Under the pieces are notes generated by a model. The model worked only from the letters and a program-made list of their open reading frames with translations, was not told where the DNA came from and searched no databases. Shown piece by piece: positions 1 to 9,634 of a stretch of 43,596 bases of DNA (position 1 is its first letter; each line of letters begins with the position of its first letter). A program made the translations under genes and the position numbers. This DNA is from Patescibacteria group bacterium UBA6532 (GTDB lineage: Bacteria; Patescibacteriota; Minisyncoccia; Minisyncoccales; UBA6532), in the NCBI GenBank assembly GCA_002434805.1, contig DJKW01000002.1, positions 1 to 43,596 of the forward strand, given 5' to 3'.

Positions 1-222
1 AGCGTCAAGCAAAGCTATGGAAAAACTCTGATCTCCTCCAATTCCCTCAAAAGGATTAAATCTAACTATCCCTATTTTTTGAAAAGCATTTTCGCTTTCC
101 TTTTTAAAACCCTCTAGGTTTTGGGCTAGTTTTTTAATATCCTTATCTAAAGTCTTTAAGTAATCTAAAATTTCTTTTAAGTCTTTTGGTTCTTTTTTTG
201 TTTTATTAAAAGGATTAAACAT
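1..222 (-). CDS. DUF4446-like family protein, 5' part (runs off the window edge)
   Basis: Manual translation from ATG at 222: MFNPFNKTKKEPKDLKEILDYLKTLDKDIKKLAQNLEGFKKESENAFQKIGIVRFNPFEGIGGDQSFSIALLDA. The VRFNPF..GGDQSFSIALLD motif matches DUF4446 as I recall it. Not in the ORF track. Confidence 0.75.
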   Translation of the reverse strand, partial: MFNPFNKTKKEPKDLKEILDYLKTLDKDIKKLAQNLEGFKKESENAFQKIGIVRFNPFEGIGGDQSFSIALLDA

Positions 223-231
223 AAGATTTTT

Positions 232-318
232 TGGCGGAGGGTGCAGGATTCGAACCTGCAAGCCTTTTTAGGGCTCCGGTTTTCGAGACCGGTGCAATAG
301 CCGTTATGCGAACCCTCC
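232..318 (-). tRNA. tRNA-Ser(CGA)
   Basis: Reverse complement GGAGGGTTCGCATAACGG...CCGGT-CT-CGA-AA-ACCGG, long variable arm, GGTTCGAATCC, ends GCCA (CCA encoded). Confidence 0.97.
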
Positions 319-367
319 TCAATCTAACAATTGTTAATATCATTTTATATGCTAAAAGTCAAAGTTT

Positions 368-1828
368 TTAAATCCGGGGGAAGAGGATTTTTCCCTTTTT
401 TATCTTAAACTTCCATTTCTTATCTGTTGATTTCACTCCTAACTGTTTGAAAATTTTCTCTGAGGTTTCTGGAAGAAAAGGCTGGAGAAGAAAAGCAATG
501 TTAGTTAAAATAATTAATAAATTATTAATAACGGTTGTTTGGTTTTTAGATTCTTCCCAGGGTTTTTCCTTTTCAATATACTGATCAGCAAAACTAATAA
601 GCTCCCAAATCGCAGATAAAGCCATGTTAAACTTAAACTCTTTTAAGGCCTTTTCGTATTTTTTCCATGTCTTATTGATAAATTCCTTATTTTTGGGTAT
701 TGGATTTCCATCCTTAAATCCGGATTTTTCTGCCATAGTTAAAACCCTGGCTATTAAATTACCAAGTCCGCCAGATAAATCGGCACTATATCGCTTCTCA
801 AGCTTCTCATAGGTAAAATCGCCGTCTTCGGTCGAGGGAATCTCTCGTAAAAGAAAATACCTGACAGGATCGGTTTTGTATTTTTTAACCAATTCAAAAG
901 GGTCAATAATATTTCCCAAGCTCTTTGACATTTTTTGGTTATCAACCGTAATAAATCCGTGAACGAAAATAGTTTTTGGCAATGGTAGCCCTAACGATAA
1001 AAGCATTCCCGGCCAAATTGCAGCATGAAATCTCAGTATATCCTTGCCAATACAATGAATATCAGCTGGCCAGAACCTCTTGAATTTTATTGAGTTTTGA
1101 TAATAATTCAATACGGAAATATAGTTTGTAAGAGCCTCTGCCCAGACATAAACGCTCGCCTCTTTATCATCGGGTACGGGAACAGCCCATTTTAAATCTT
1201 TTCTCGGCCGAGAGAAACTCACGTCATTAAGACCTTGTTTTATAAAATTTAATATCTCGTTTTTACGGCTTGAAGGAACAACTTTTATTTCTTCTTTTTT
1301 AATTATCTTCTCAATCTTTTTTGAATATTTTGAAAGTCTGAAAAAATAGTTCTCCTCGGAAATAACATCAGGTTTTTTCTTATGGATATAACACTTGCCA
1401 TTAATTAAGTCTTTCTTGGTTATAAAGGCTTCACATCCTGGGCAATAAAGCCCTTTATATGCTTTTTTGTAAATATCACCGGCTTCTTTTAGATTTAGCC
1501 AAACTTTTTTCATTGATGGCCAGTGACGCTTTTGATCGGTAGTACGGATAAAATCATTATAAGATAAATTTAGAGTTTTCCTTAATTCTTTAAAACGTTC
1601 AGTAATCTTATCAACAAACTCCTTGGGATCCATACCAGCTTCTTTAGCAGCTTTAACGTTTTTTGCGCCGTGTTCGTCAGTTCCGGTCGAGAAGAAAACG
1701 TCTTTTCCTAAAAGACGGTGATACCTGGCTAAAACATCGGCCTGAATAACTTCTAAAGCAAACCCCAAATGGGGAAGAGCGTTGGTATAGACGACGCTAG
1801 TTGTGATATAGAATTTCTTCTTTAACAT
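368..1828 (-). CDS. metG: Methionine--tRNA ligase (short form, no C-terminal tRNA-binding domain)
   Basis: FYITT..Y.N..PHLGF, TGTDEHG, FIRTT, CPGC zinc knuckle, IGKDILRFH, KMSKS. Confidence 0.97.
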   Translation of the reverse strand: MLKKKFYITTSVVYTNALPHLGFALEVIQADVLARYHRLLGKDVFFSTGTDEHGAKNVKAAKEAGMDPKEFVDKITERFKELRKTLNLSYNDFIRTTDQKRHWPSMKKVWLNLKEAGDIYKKAYKGLYCPGCEAFITKKDLINGKCYIHKKKPDVISEENYFFRLSKYSKKIEKIIKKEEIKVVPSSRKNEILNFIKQGLNDVSFSRPRKDLKWAVPVPDDKEASVYVWAEALTNYISVLNYYQNSIKFKRFWPADIHCIGKDILRFHAAIWPGMLLSLGLPLPKTIFVHGFITVDNQKMSKSLGNIIDPFELVKKYKTDPVRYFLLREIPSTEDGDFTYEKLEKRYSADLSGGLGNLIARVLTMAEKSGFKDGNPIPKNKEFINKTWKKYEKALKEFKFNMALSAIWELISFADQYIEKEKPWEESKNQTTVINNLLIILTNIAFLLQPFLPETSEKIFKQLGVKSTDKKWKFKIKKGKILFPRI

Positions 1829-1876
1829 GTGGTATAATATTCTTAATTCATCTTATCACATTATTGACTGTTTTCT

Positions 1877-2317
1877 ATGATTTTTACCATTCATCTTTTA
1901 GTGGGAGCGGCTATAGCAACCCAAATTAAAATAATTCCCCTGGCTTTTCTTCTTGCTTTTTTCAGCCATTACTTTCTTGACTCTTTACCTCATTGGGATT
2001 ATTTTGTTAAAAATATCCAAATAAAAAATTGGGGGGAATCTTTGCCCGAATTTTTAAAAGGAGGGCTGGACATGCTCTTAGGGTTAGGAATCATTTTGTT
2101 TTTCTCAAGAGATATTTTTGTATTGTTAGGCGCTTTTTTTGCCGTGTTGGTTGATGTTTTAATTTTCCTGAATTTAATATTCTCCTCTAAATGGCTTAAA
2201 ATACACAATGATCTCCACTTAAAAATTCATTTTCCTGAAGATAAAAAAGTCTCTTCTTTTTTGACAATCCCTAATCAGCTGATAATAGTAATTATAGCAG
2301 TTTTTTTCTTAAGGTAA
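1877..2317 (+). CDS. Small membrane protein with His/Asp motifs (possible membrane metal-dependent hydrolase)
   Basis: Hydrophobic helices; IHLLVG, SHYFLD..PHWD and HxxxHxxxH motifs. TGGTATAAT extended -10 about 40 nt upstream. Confidence 0.65.
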   Translation: MIFTIHLLVGAAIATQIKIIPLAFLLAFFSHYFLDSLPHWDYFVKNIQIKNWGESLPEFLKGGLDMLLGLGIILFFSRDIFVLLGAFFAVLVDVLIFLNLIFSSKWLKIHNDLHLKIHFPEDKKVSSFLTIPNQLIIVIIAVFFLR

Positions 2318-2322
2318 TAAAT

Positions 2323-2356
2323 AAAATAAAATGGCGCAAAAGCGCCGCTTTATTTT
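2323..2356. terminator. Bidirectional intrinsic terminator between convergent genes
   Basis: AAAATAAA..GGCGC-AAAA-GCGCC..TTTATTTT hairpin. Confidence 0.7.
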
Positions 2357-2377
2357 CCAATCATCACAAACGATCTC

Positions 2378-3403
2378 CTAAGAGATTGTTTTTTCTTCTT
2401 TTCTCTTTTTCAAAAAGTCCCTAAAAAACTCAAATAATATTCCAGCTAAGGGAACAAAGAAAATAGCTCCCCATATTCCAAAAAGCACGCCTCCAGCGGA
2501 TAAAGAAATTAAGACCAGGGCCGGGGGCAGACGGATAAACTTTTGAGTCAAAACCGGAGTAAGAATATTTCCTTCAATTTGTTGAATGATAATAAAGAAA
2601 ATTAAGACAAAAATCGCTTTAACTAAAGAATCTAAGGAAACCAAAGTCAGCAAGACTATCCCCATAATCAAAGGGCCGATAATAGGAATGAATTCTAATG
2701 CTCCGGCCATTAAAGCCAAACTGAAAGGATATTTTACATTAAGCAGCAGAAAGGCAACGTAAGAAATTACTCCAACGAAGACCATACCCAGAACTCTTAC
2801 CCCAAGCCAACCAGAAACATTCTGTTGGCTTTTTGCCCAAAGAGACAAAACATAATTTTCGTATTTTTTAGGCGAAAGAAGGACAAGGGCCTTTTCGACT
2901 GACTTCCCTTCCAAGGAAAGAAATATAGCTATGGTAACGACAAAAACGGTTGAGAAAATTCCTCCAAAAATGGAAAATATGGCATTAAAAATATTGGAAG
3001 CCATGCTCCCAAGGGTAATACTGATAACACTAATAAAGCTTTCGAAACTTTCAAAAGCCTCTAGTCCCAACCCACGAAGAGGAGGGGAGATTTTATCAAA
3101 GTATTGAGGAAAGATTTGAGAAAATTGTTGAATCTCTGAAATAAAGGTTGGAACGGTGAAATAAATTAAAAAGGCTAAAACTCCCATGAATCCCAAGTAA
3201 ACCAGGGTAACGGCTAATACGCGTGGTATTATTCTTTTGCTTAAAAAATCAATGGCCGGGTTAAATAAAACCGAAAGTATTAAAGCAAAAAGAAACCAAA
3301 CTATAAGATCTTTAATCAAATAAATAATATAAAAAACCAAACCGGCAACGGCAAACTTAAAAATCGATCCCCAGGAAATATCTAAAAATCGTTCTTGGTT
3401 CAT
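2378..3403 (-). CDS. AI-2E (PerM) family transporter
   Basis: Polytopic 341 aa protein; FIPIIGP, QQIEGNILTP, GxxFGIWG..F.VP motifs. Confidence 0.9.
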   Translation of the reverse strand: MNQERFLDISWGSIFKFAVAGLVFYIIYLIKDLIVWFLFALILSVLFNPAIDFLSKRIIPRVLAVTLVYLGFMGVLAFLIYFTVPTFISEIQQFSQIFPQYFDKISPPLRGLGLEAFESFESFISVISITLGSMASNIFNAIFSIFGGIFSTVFVVTIAIFLSLEGKSVEKALVLLSPKKYENYVLSLWAKSQQNVSGWLGVRVLGMVFVGVISYVAFLLLNVKYPFSLALMAGALEFIPIIGPLIMGIVLLTLVSLDSLVKAIFVLIFFIIIQQIEGNILTPVLTQKFIRLPPALVLISLSAGGVLFGIWGAIFFVPLAGILFEFFRDFLKKRKEEKTIS

Positions 3404-4665
3404 ATTTTTAATATCTTTTGAAATTTATTTTTATCTTCGAAAGGGCCGATTAGGGCTAAATTTAATTTTTTAGGTTGAAAAATATCCTTGGCTACTTTAA
3501 GAATATCGTCAGCTGAAACCTTATTAATTTTAATAGAGATTTCTTCTGGTGTCAAAATTCGCTTTTCAAGCAATTCCTGACCGGCAAAAAAACCAGCTCT
3601 AGCGTCCGAAGACTCTAATTCTAAAATCATTTTCCCTTTAAGATAATCTTTGGCTTTTTTTAGCTCTTTGGAAGGAATTCTTCTCTGATATGCCTTTTTG
3701 TACTCTTTTAGAATAACGGAAACTGCTTTTTCAGCGTTTTCGTTCCTCACCCCAGCCTGAGTGACCAAATAGCCTGAATCTAAATCTGAAGAAACTTCAG
3801 TCTTTACGTAATAAGCTAAGCCCAATTCTTCTCTCACCTTCATAAAAAGCCGGGAACTCATCATTCCGCCTAAAATAACAGCCAGTATATCTTGAACATA
3901 CCTATTAGGATGAAATATATTATAAGCTCTGACCCCCAAACAAAGATGAGTTTGATCGGTTTTCCTGTTATGCAAAATGCATTCTGGCTGAGTTTGTCTC
4001 TCAATCACCTTTATTTTTTCTTTAGCTTTAGTTTCTTTGATTTTGGAAAAATACTTTTTAACCTGGCTTATAGCCTTGTCTTCTTTTACCTTGCCTGCCA
4101 CGCAAACAATAGTGTTTGAAGAGACATACTGGCTCTTCATGTATTCCAGTAGGTTTTGGCGAGAAATTTTTGAAACGCTTTCTTTGGTTCCGGCAATATC
4201 CCAGCCAGCCGGTTGATCGCCGTATAAGAGTCTTGACCACAAAAGCTGGACATGGCTCATGGGATTATCATAGTGCATGTTAATCTCTTCAATGATTACC
4301 CCTTTTTCCCTTTTCACTTCCTTTTCCGGAATAAAACTGTTCAAAAATATATCTGAAACCCAGTCTAAAGCCAAGTCAAAATGACTGGCATCTACCTTGG
4401 CAAAATAACCTGTGTATTCTTGCCCGGTAAAAGCATTGTACATTCCCCCAACCCTGTCTAGGGTTTCGGCAATCTCTAGTTTGTCTTTTCTTTTCTTTGT
4501 TCCTTTAAAAAACATGTGTTCCAAGAAATGAGAAATACCGTTAACTTCTTTTTTCTCATACTTTGAACCAGTTCCCACTAAAGCTAAAACAGTTACTGCC
4601 AGAGTACTTTTTTGGGGAACAATAATAATCCGCAAACCATTTTTAAGAGTAATCTTCTTAAACAT
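3400..4665 (-). CDS. M16 family (pitrilysin-like) zinc peptidase
   Basis: HFLEH inverted zinc motif, NAFT, SSRLF..VREE.GLAY. Start revised to MFKKITLKNGLR (4665), with TATAAT just upstream. Confidence 0.92.
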   Translation of the reverse strand: MFKKITLKNGLRIIIVPQKSTLAVTVLALVGTGSKYEKKEVNGISHFLEHMFFKGTKKRKDKLEIAETLDRVGGMYNAFTGQEYTGYFAKVDASHFDLALDWVSDIFLNSFIPEKEVKREKGVIIEEINMHYDNPMSHVQLLWSRLLYGDQPAGWDIAGTKESVSKISRQNLLEYMKSQYVSSNTIVCVAGKVKEDKAISQVKKYFSKIKETKAKEKIKVIERQTQPECILHNRKTDQTHLCLGVRAYNIFHPNRYVQDILAVILGGMMSSRLFMKVREELGLAYYVKTEVSSDLDSGYLVTQAGVRNENAEKAVSVILKEYKKAYQRRIPSKELKKAKDYLKGKMILELESSDARAGFFAGQELLEKRILTPEEISIKINKVSADDILKVAKDIFQPKKLNLALIGPFEDKNKFQKILKI

Positions 4666-4767
4666 TATCTTTATTAAATTATACTCTATCGCCTTTAAAA
4701 TAAAAAGAGGCATCAAATAAATAATACCTTCTTTATAGTACTATATTAACGATCTCTAAGGAGCTTT

Positions 4768-4893
4768 TTAATCTTCTTTAAAGAACTTTAATATTTTATC
4801 TTTGTTTTTAGGCAACATTCTTTTTGTTCCTGGCTGGAGCGTTTCAAGGTCTTTTAATATATCTTCTATTTCTTTCTCTTCTTTTCCTGGCAA
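4768..4893 (-). CDS. Putative 41-aa microprotein
   Basis: TTG start, MPGKEEKEIEDILKDLETLQPGTKRMLPKNKDKILKFFKED*, AAAGGTG upstream. Fills the glyQS-peptidase gap. Confidence 0.45.
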   Translation of the reverse strand: MPGKEEKEIEDILKDLETLQPGTKRMLPKNKDKILKFFKED

Positions 4894-4911
4894 TTTTCAA
4901 TACACCTTTCT

Positions 4912-6255
4912 CTAAGCTTTATATCTAATTCTCAAAATCTTGTCAATAGTTTCTTTTAAATCTTTAATCTTCACCCTCTTTTGCTTCATTGTGTCGCGTT
5001 CCCGAATAGTCAAATCCTTTTGTTTTAATGAATCAAAATCCACGGTCAGACAGAAAAGAGTACCGATCTCGTCTTGTCTTCGATACCTCCGACCAATTGA
5101 TCCCACTTCGTCGTATTGGCAAACAAAATGTGATTTAAGCGTTTTATAAACGTCTTTGGCTTTCTTAACCAACTTGGGCTTGTTTTTCACTAAGGGTAAA
5201 ACTGCCACTTTTATAGGGGCCAAGGATTTATGAAGTTTTAATAAAGCTTCTGTCTCTTTGCTGGATTTTGTGGTTTTTGTCCGACCGCCTTTAACTTCAA
5301 GATAACTATCTGCTAAAAAAGCAAAGAGCGACCTGTCAACGCCAATTGAAGTTTCAATAATATAGGGGAAATATTTCTTCTTATTTTCCTCATCAAAATA
5401 TTGCAAGTCTTTTCCGGAATATTTAGAATGGTTTGACAAGTCAAAGTCTCCCCGATTGTGAACCCCTTCAATCTCTTGCCAGCCAAAGGGAAATTTATAC
5501 TCAATATCAATTTGGCGCTTGGCGTAATGAGATCTTTCTTTAGCAGGAACTTCTCTTACTCTTAAATTCTCTTTTTTAATACCTAAATTAAGATACCAGT
5601 TTATCCTCTCTTTTTTCCAGTACTCAAAATATTTTGGAGCATCTTTTGGTTGAGAAAACCACTGCATTTCCATTTGTTCAAATTCCCGGGTGCGGTAAAT
5701 AAAGTCTTTAGGGTTAATTTCATTTCGAAAGGCTTTTCCAATCTGAGCCACCCCGAAAGGAATTTTTAATCTCATTGAATTAACAATATTCTCAAAGTTA
5801 ACATAAATTCCCTGACAAGTTTCCGGTCTTAAGTAAGCTTTGGCTGCTTTTTCTTCAACTGGACCAATAAAAGTTTTCATCATTAAATTAAACTTTCTTG
5901 GCTTTGTTAGTTTGCCTCCGCATTGGGGACATTTATTTTCCTTTATTTCCTCAATCCGAAATCTTTTATGACAAGACTTACATTCTACCAATTCATCGGC
6001 AAAACCGGCAGTTAGGTGGCCAGAAGCCTGCCAAACCTTAGGAGTCATTAAAATTGCCGCATCCAATCCAACTATATTTTCCTGACCTCTTGTCATCTCT
6101 TCCCACCAGGCCTTTTTAATATTTCGCTTCAGCTCCACTCCCAGGGGACCGAAATCATAAGCGCCACCAAAGCCGCCATAAATTTCCGAGGACTGGAAAA
6201 CAAACCCTCGTCTTTTAGATAAAGATACAATTTTTTGAAATAAATCATTTACCAT
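4912..6255 (-). CDS. glyQS: Glycine--tRNA ligase, homodimeric (alpha2) type
   Basis: SSEIYGG, DFGPLG, LRPETCQG, FRNEI, RTREFEQME, IGRRYRRQDEIG. Confidence 0.97.
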   Translation of the reverse strand: MVNDLFQKIVSLSKRRGFVFQSSEIYGGFGGAYDFGPLGVELKRNIKKAWWEEMTRGQENIVGLDAAILMTPKVWQASGHLTAGFADELVECKSCHKRFRIEEIKENKCPQCGGKLTKPRKFNLMMKTFIGPVEEKAAKAYLRPETCQGIYVNFENIVNSMRLKIPFGVAQIGKAFRNEINPKDFIYRTREFEQMEMQWFSQPKDAPKYFEYWKKERINWYLNLGIKKENLRVREVPAKERSHYAKRQIDIEYKFPFGWQEIEGVHNRGDFDLSNHSKYSGKDLQYFDEENKKKYFPYIIETSIGVDRSLFAFLADSYLEVKGGRTKTTKSSKETEALLKLHKSLAPIKVAVLPLVKNKPKLVKKAKDVYKTLKSHFVCQYDEVGSIGRRYRRQDEIGTLFCLTVDFDSLKQKDLTIRERDTMKQKRVKIKDLKETIDKILRIRYKA

Positions 6256-6282
6256 CAACTCTATTTTACCATATTTTTTTCC

Positions 6283-6318
6283 AAAAAAAATAGGGCTGGA
6301 GAAAAAAGTTCCAGCCTT
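6283..6318 (-). terminator. Intrinsic terminator downstream of the 6424-6780 gene
   Basis: AGGGCTGGA/TCCAGCCTT stem followed on the minus strand by a T-run. Confidence 0.7.
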
Positions 6319-6423
6319 CTATGATATATACTTTTTATATACATACACCGTTCATTAGTATACGCATACGCGTTCAGCTTCTTATCCTAGAAAGAGCCTC
6401 TAATTTACTACCAATGTTCTGAA

Positions 6424-6780
6424 TTAGGGCTTCCAATAAAAGCAAGGTATCAAGCCTACATCCATGGTAATCCGTCTGGTGACATGAGCAGTATTCTTAA
6501 TCGCTTGATTTATTGCTGTGTGGAATTTTCTGGTATGAGTTCTCGCTAAAGTAATCAGTCGAACGCAGAATTCGGGAGGACCTGGGCCTAGTCCAAAATT
6601 AATGAGTGAAATAGCTGGTGTTACTGCTAAAGCTACTACTGAGGCCCCTATCGCGATAGGGACAACTATTGTTGTTTCTACTCCTACAGTGCTAACTGCT
6701 TGAGAGACTGCTATGCCGGCAACTGGAGTTATTAGAAGAATTGCTAGACTTAAAGCTAAAGCCACTATTATTTTTTTCAA
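6424..6780 (-). CDS. Hypothetical secreted/membrane protein
   Basis: Signal-peptide-like MKKIIVALALSLAILL, second hydrophobic stretch, basic C-terminus. Strong SD AAGGAGGTG before the TTG start. Confidence 0.6.
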   Translation of the reverse strand: MKKIIVALALSLAILLITPVAGIAVSQAVSTVGVETTIVVPIAIGASVVALAVTPAISLINFGLGPGPPEFCVRLITLARTHTRKFHTAINQAIKNTAHVTRRITMDVGLIPCFYWKP

Positions 6781-6811
6781 GTTTCTTATTCACCTCCTTC
6801 TCCTTCATCCA

Positions 6812-6839
6812 ATCATACTATTTTAAAATAGTTTGTCAA
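6812..6839 (-). promoter_or_regulatory. Sigma70-type promoter with perfect 16-bp palindrome in the spacer
   Basis: TTGACA-16 nt-TATGAT on the minus strand; ACTATTTTAAAATAGT at 6817-6832. Confidence 0.65.
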
Positions 6840-6857
6840 AAGAAAATAATATCAAAA

Positions 6858-8519
6858 CTATTGTACTCTTCCCATTTCTTCGCTTACTGTCTGGTCATCC
6901 GGCAAAGTAGTGTCAATCAATAAAGATTCTGTTCCTGTCTTCGTTTCGGTCCACTGGTCTTCCCCGGAAATTTCAGCTTCTTTAATAAGGGTTAAAATTT
7001 GCCTTCTTTGGCTTAAAACAGGAGTTAAAGTAATTTGAAAAGAAACATTAGGGGCATCATTTAAAATGCCTTGGCCAGCCTCCATGTCTCCGACCTGCCA
7101 GACTAATTCTTTACTTTGAGAATCAAAAGTTAAACTGGTCCCTTCGGGAAAAATTTTACCGCTTGGCTTTACCCCCTGTCCCAAGGTTGCCTTCACTTTT
7201 ACGTTTTTAACATCGTTAAAATAGTTTTTTGCCCGCCAAATAATGGTATAGGTTGTGGACTCATCCGCTTTTGGAGGTATTGGCCCTGAGTTTCCAAAAA
7301 CTTCATCTTGAAAATACCCCTTTTGAATAATTTCTAACTTTGAATTAACCTTTGTAGTGAATTCTTCTCGAGCTTGAGAAAGATAAACTTTGTTTCGAAT
7401 CAAAGGATTTTTATCTTTAGAACCTGTCATCTCCCAGTCTTTTTTTAACTCAACCCAGAATTCAACTTTTCCTTCTTCTTGGGTCCCTAAAAGCTGGAGT
7501 TTGAAAACACGCCTCCAGTCAAAAACTATTGAATTATCTCCCAGCTCAAACTCTCCTAAGGGAGCTTTTAAAGTTTCAAGATCAAGAGCGCTGCCCTCTA
7601 ATCTCGCCACTAAAAACATGTCTTTTAAATCGTCTTCGCCGATATTTTTAAAGAAAATTTCGTAATGAAGTAAATCCCCCGGGCTGGCTATATATTTGGG
7701 ATTTCCATTAATTTGTTGGGAAATGTATAAAGCGGGTTTAACGATTTGGATTCCCCGAATAACTTCTTTTAATAAAACAAATTCTCCTTCCTGCCAGGTA
7801 CCAAGCTCGGCCTTGAATTTTTTTTCTTCTCCGACCTCTCCTAAAATATTCCCCACGATCTCAATTCTTCCTCCTTCAGCTTTATTTAAAAGACCGATAT
7901 CCCATTCGGTTTTATCAAGGGCTTTTGGCGTAGATTCTTCAAACTCAAAATCAGAAGGGTATTCAATTTTAATTCTTAAATCAGAAAGAGGATAGTCAAC
8001 GTTAGAAAAATAATTTAGTCTGAAATTAATTTCTTTTCCAGATTCAATTTTTGAAGAAAGATCAAATTCAAAATTAATAGGAACCGATTTTATACGAGTA
8101 ATATGAGAAGTTTCTGCCTCATATCGGGTTTTTAAATTCTTTGGCCGATAACTTAGAACGGCTCTCGCGGTCTTCACGTCTCCATCCTTGCCTAAAAGCC
8201 TCCCTTTAAAAGAAATAGTGCGTTCTTGTCCTGGATAAATATCTTCTAAGGTCAATTCCTGGCGAATAACTCTATTTTCTTCGGGTATTGAGTATTCTGG
8301 ATATTCAAAAACAAGTCGGGGCTCTTCCAGTGTTGAGTTTCCATTATTTTTGTATTTAACAATATATTCTAACCCCTCTGCAAGATCCACTTCATCTGGC
8401 GCCAAAATTTCTAACCTTAAAATTTCTTTAGAATAAATATTCCTTTGGTAATACCAAAAACCGACAAAGCCGGAAGTTAAGGTCGCAAGTACGATAAAGA
8501 TTGTTATAAGTTTTTTCAT
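6858..8519 (-). CDS. Membrane-anchored extracellular protein with tandem Ig-like (DUF11-like) beta-sandwich domains
   Basis: N-terminal TM segment; repeated Y.I.Y.N / l.v.y.P / W.ig.L..g..G.i patterns. Confidence 0.75.
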   Translation of the reverse strand: MKKLITIFIVLATLTSGFVGFWYYQRNIYSKEILRLEILAPDEVDLAEGLEYIVKYKNNGNSTLEEPRLVFEYPEYSIPEENRVIRQELTLEDIYPGQERTISFKGRLLGKDGDVKTARAVLSYRPKNLKTRYEAETSHITRIKSVPINFEFDLSSKIESGKEINFRLNYFSNVDYPLSDLRIKIEYPSDFEFEESTPKALDKTEWDIGLLNKAEGGRIEIVGNILGEVGEEKKFKAELGTWQEGEFVLLKEVIRGIQIVKPALYISQQINGNPKYIASPGDLLHYEIFFKNIGEDDLKDMFLVARLEGSALDLETLKAPLGEFELGDNSIVFDWRRVFKLQLLGTQEEGKVEFWVELKKDWEMTGSKDKNPLIRNKVYLSQAREEFTTKVNSKLEIIQKGYFQDEVFGNSGPIPPKADESTTYTIIWRAKNYFNDVKNVKVKATLGQGVKPSGKIFPEGTSLTFDSQSKELVWQVGDMEAGQGILNDAPNVSFQITLTPVLSQRRQILTLIKEAEISGEDQWTETKTGTESLLIDTTLPDDQTVSEEMGRVQ

Positions 8520-8525
8520 TTTTTA

Positions 8526-9251
8526 TTATTTATTTAAAATTTGTTTAAGATAATCATTAGAAATATCTTTTAGTAATTTCTCGTGTATTCTATCTATTTT
8601 TAACCTAGACAGGGTAGTAAAATCTTCTTTTAAAATTATTCTTAAAATCTTAACAACATCAGGATTGGTTCTTTGAGAATATTTTTCCTTTCCAGAACAG
8701 GTTTTACAAACCAACCCTCCTCCTTTTGAAGAAAAATAAAGATTTGCAGGGTTCAACTTTCCTTGGCAGATAATACATTGGTAAAGCTGGGGTCTGTATC
8801 CCAAAAGAGATAAAAGATTCCAGAGAAAATAGTAGTAAATCAACGACTGATAATCAAACCTTAATGACCAATTGTTATTCAATTTATTAAAAATGTCGCT
8901 GAATAATTCCCAAATCTTTAAATCTCTCTCTTCGCCCTTAATTAATTGGTTGGAAACCCCGATAATTTGATAAGCAATTTTCAACTTTTTTAAATCTCCT
9001 CTGATATTCTTAAAATTTTCGATTAGTATGGCATCGGTTAGAGTTTTGAAGGTTTTTCCTTGGATAAACTCAACCTCTGATAAATAAAATAACTCCATCC
9101 CGCCTCTTAATTTTGATTTAATCTTCCTAACTGATTTTCCTAAAACTTTCAGCTTTCCAAAATCCTCAGTGTATATAGCAAAAAGGCGGTCTGCCTCTCT
9201 TAAATCATTCTTTTCTAAAATTAAACCTTGTGTTCTATAATGAACTGCCAT
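8526..9251 (-). CDS. recO: DNA repair protein RecO
   Basis: EADRL...T..FGK...KSVRK..SKL; CIIC...GGLVCKTC zinc finger. Confidence 0.95.
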   Translation of the reverse strand: MAVHYRTQGLILEKNDLREADRLFAIYTEDFGKLKVLGKSVRKIKSKLRGGMELFYLSEVEFIQGKTFKTLTDAILIENFKNIRGDLKKLKIAYQIIGVSNQLIKGEERDLKIWELFSDIFNKLNNNWSLRFDYQSLIYYYFLWNLLSLLGYRPQLYQCIICQGKLNPANLYFSSKGGGLVCKTCSGKEKYSQRTNPDVVKILRIILKEDFTTLSRLKIDRIHEKLLKDISNDYLKQILNK

Positions 9252-9252
9252 C

Positions 9253-9624
9253 TTACTTTTTTAATACTCCTTTCAAAAACCTAATTTTTTCTCTGATTTT
9301 TCGTTTCTCAACCCCGGTAGAAACTCTAAACTCTTCTTTGTTCAAATCCTTTAAGGCCCTGTTATAATCTCTTTCAGAGATGTATTCACCGAATTTACCA
9401 CGAGGAAAGACGCTTTTCTCTAACATTGCTCTTTCTTCTTTGTTAAGCATTCCACCTCCCCCAATAAATAGAGAGGCCTTTCTAAAGCTTTCTCGCATCC
9501 AGCTTCTGGTATGTTCTTTTTTTACACCAAAAAGTCCTTTTGGCGGAGGCACAGATGACGGTTTATTTGTTGGACGACTAGGACTAATTCGGGAAGATCC
9601 TGATCTTTTTTCTAAAAAAGCCAT
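9253..9624 (-). CDS. Hypothetical basic protein
   Basis: 123-aa ORF packed between ileS and recO on the same strand. Confidence 0.7.
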   Translation of the reverse strand: MAFLEKRSGSSRISPSRPTNKPSSVPPPKGLFGVKKEHTRSWMRESFRKASLFIGGGGMLNKEERAMLEKSVFPRGKFGEYISERDYNRALKDLNKEEFRVSTGVEKRKIREKIRFLKGVLKK

Positions 9625-9634
9625 AATATTTTAT

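Noticed and set aside
6259-6423. T-box leader for glyQS
   Set aside because: No T-box consensus (AAGGTGGTACC-like) is present, and an extended -10 lies 7 nt from the ATG, implying a leaderless mRNA.
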